Shown here piece by piece: positions 26,375 to 28,108 of a stretch of 28,108 nt of DNA. The notes beneath the pieces were generated by a model. The model did not search any database, was not told the origin of the DNA, and saw only the letters and a list, made by a program, of their open reading frames with translations. Positions within the stretch are counted from its first letter, which is position 1. Each line of letters opens with the position of its first letter. Source of the DNA: Savitreella phatthalungensis (lineage: Eukaryota); assembly GCA_051599415.1 (NCBI GenBank), contig AP039699.1, forward strand, positions 496,001 through 524,108, in the 5' to 3' direction. Both the position numbers and the translations under genes were made by a program.

Positions 26375-27136
26375 GAGCAGGGGTGGCAGTAGCATCAGTA
26401 GTAGCGGCAGTAGTAGCAGCAGTAGGAACAGCAGCGTAGTCGCAGCATTAGAATGAGTGAAGGTGATGAGAGAAGCAGTAAGTATGGAAGCAATAGCAGT
26501 AGCAGTTGTCCCAGTCAATAGAACACAGACTAGATGGTAGAATGAGGCATGCAAAAAGCACAGACAGGCACAGTCACAATGTAGTTAACAGATTACAGTG
26601 CATGACAGTGGCAAGTACATGCGACGGTGCACAAGACAGTCATGAGAAGCAAGTGAGAGTGAATTGAAGTCAGTTGTGGAGGAAAGGGCACAGCACAGCG
26701 CCAGCAATGGATTGGACAAGCAACAGTGGAGGAAACAGTGCATGCCATGTGACAATGCAGTCAATTGCAGTCAATTGATGTAGCATAACAGGCGCCAGTG
26801 CCAATTACAGACAGAGGAAAGAGAATGCAGGCAACAGGGTAGGGCCAGGGCCAAGCAGATGGTGTTTATGACAAGCTGAGACAGAGACAGTGGCAGGGTC
26901 AGGTGACAAATGACAGTGACAAGTGACAGTGCAGGATTGACACATCAAGTGAGAGTGCAGTGTTTAACAGATGACAGCATTTGACAGATGGGAGTGCAGT
27001 GATGAAACAGGGTACAGTCCAGGCAACAGTGGGTGACAGAAACAGAAAACAGGAGTCAACAGATGAACAGCAATTGGCAGATCAAGGGTTTGACAAATGC
27101 CAGGCCACAGAGCAGGGCAATGAGGCAAGTAGTAGC

Positions 27137-27560
27137 GCAGGTAATGGTATTTGAGAGATGATGACACAAGTGACAGTGCAGATAACACCGGGTGACAGAT
27201 GATGGTGCAGGCAACAGCACATGGCAGACAACCGTGCAAATAACAGGATTTGAAGGAGACCAGGCAGGAAACAACATTTGACAAAGACAGGGACAGGGCA
27301 GGTGACAGCATGTGAGGGATACAGGGTGTGTAATGGCAATTGAGAAATGGCAGTGCAGGTGTTGGGATTGATGAGTGATTTTGACAGTTGACAGCATTTG
27401 GCAGGTGATGGCATTTGCGAGGCGGCAGGGCAGATAACAGTATTGGACAAGTGGCAGTTCAGGTAACAGCATTTGACAGGCGACATGCAGGTAACAGCAT
27501 GTGACAGGTGACATGCAGATAACATCATTTGGCATTTGGCAGGTGACGGTGCAGTTGCAG
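27137..27560. repeat. Degenerate ~28-29-bp subtelomeric minisatellite
   Basis: Approximate consensus GCAGRTAACAGCATTTGACAGRTGACA(G)T. Unit starts at about 27178, 27207, 27236, 27264, 27298 and 27430, 27459, 27487, 27515. Confidence 0.75.
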
Positions 27561-27875
27561 ATGGAACAGATGGCAGGATTTTTAAGAGTAGGAATGTGGA
27601 GAGCAAATGGCATTGGATGTTTTAGGTAAACAGGAGGAAGAGTGTCAAATAGATGAGGGTTTGAGAGCAGGAGTACAGCAGAGAGAGAGGAGCAGTGAAG
27701 GGACGACAAGATGATGATGATGTTGAAGACCAGCAGGGGCATATGCGTGCAGACAAGTGTAGTGTAGCAAGGCAGCAGGCATGAGCAAAGAAACAAGGTC
27801 AGCGAGCAAGCAAGCAAGCAAAGCAGAGCAAGGGTTGGGGCATTGGTTAGTTTGACGGCGGTTAGTTTTTGTGGA

Positions 27876-28020
27876 TCAGGGTCAGGGTGAGGGTCAGGGT
27901 CAGGGTTAGGGTTAGGGTTAGGGTGAGGGTTAGGGTTAGGGTTAGGGTTAGGGTTAGGGTTAGGGTTAGGGTTAGGGTTAGGGTTAGGGTTAGGGTTAGG
28001 GTTAGGGTTAGGGTTAGGGT
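27876..28020 (+). repeat. Telomeric repeat (TTAGGG)n with proximal TCAGGG/TGAGGG variants
   Basis: 24 hexamers: 4 TCAGGG, 2 TGAGGG and 18 TTAGGG. The G-rich strand is on +, running toward the sequence end. Confidence 0.97.
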
Positions 28021-28108
28021 AGGTGCTGTTCTCGCAAAGGCAGAAAGTAGTCTTAACCTTAGCAATACGTAACTGAACTAGTAAGTAGATAAAACAAAAC
28101 AGTACATG
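28021..28108 (+). other. Oxford Nanopore native barcode NB06 plus ligation adapter (technical artefact)
   Basis: AGGTGCTG flank, TTCTCGCAAAGGCAGAAAGTAGTC (barcode 06 as recalled), TTAACCTT flank, then AGCAATACGTAACTGAAC (ONT adapter) and noisy bases. Confidence 0.93.

Larger units (their letters stand above)
25990..27875. other. Subtelomeric (telomere-associated) sequence, purine-rich on + strand and CpG-depleted
   Basis: Abrupt compositional shift after RRP15 to A/G-rich sequence with abundant CAG, GCA and TGACA and very few CG. Contains degenerate repeats and abuts the telomere. The left boundary is approximate. Confidence 0.8.

Noticed and set aside
26120..27817. Leu/Cys-rich minus-strand ORFs (144, 115, 253, 174 aa) resembling membrane or Cys-rich proteins
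   Set aside because: By-products of strand-biased, low-complexity repeats; they overlap in several frames and have no recognisable motif.
27862..28072. ORFs encoding (LT)n and (RV)n
   Set aside because: These are translations of the telomeric hexamer plus adapter.
28021..28108. Unique sequence distal to the telomere, suggesting an interstitial telomere, end fusion or telomere-inserted element
   Set aside because: Explained by the ONT barcode and adapter.

Overview
Right-hand end of a very compact fungal chromosome. The lineage is ascomycete-like, possibly Taphrinomycotina; this is inferred from protein style only. Ten apparently intron-free genes are present: the 3' part of aminopeptidase P, a short cytoplasmic dynein heavy chain, RAD18, a GH36 Sip1-type alpha-galactosidase, an Hsm3/PSMD5-like chaperone, a WDR48/Bun107-like WD40 protein, a secreted lipase-3-fold protein lacking the catalytic Ser, an HTD2-like dehydratase, COQ8 and RRP15. 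They are followed by a ~1.9 kb CpG-depleted subtelomere with minisatellites, a 24-unit (TTAGGG)n telomere, and an untrimmed Oxford Nanopore native barcode (NB06) plus adapter. The most striking feature is that COQ8, HTD2 and the pseudo-lipase lie in one reading frame on the minus strand, interrupted only by two single stop codons. The HTD2 frame has no usable ATG and begins directly after the COQ8 TGA-C stop, suggesting stop-codon readthrough or a polycistronic unit. A 1-nt assembly error is the main alternative explanation.
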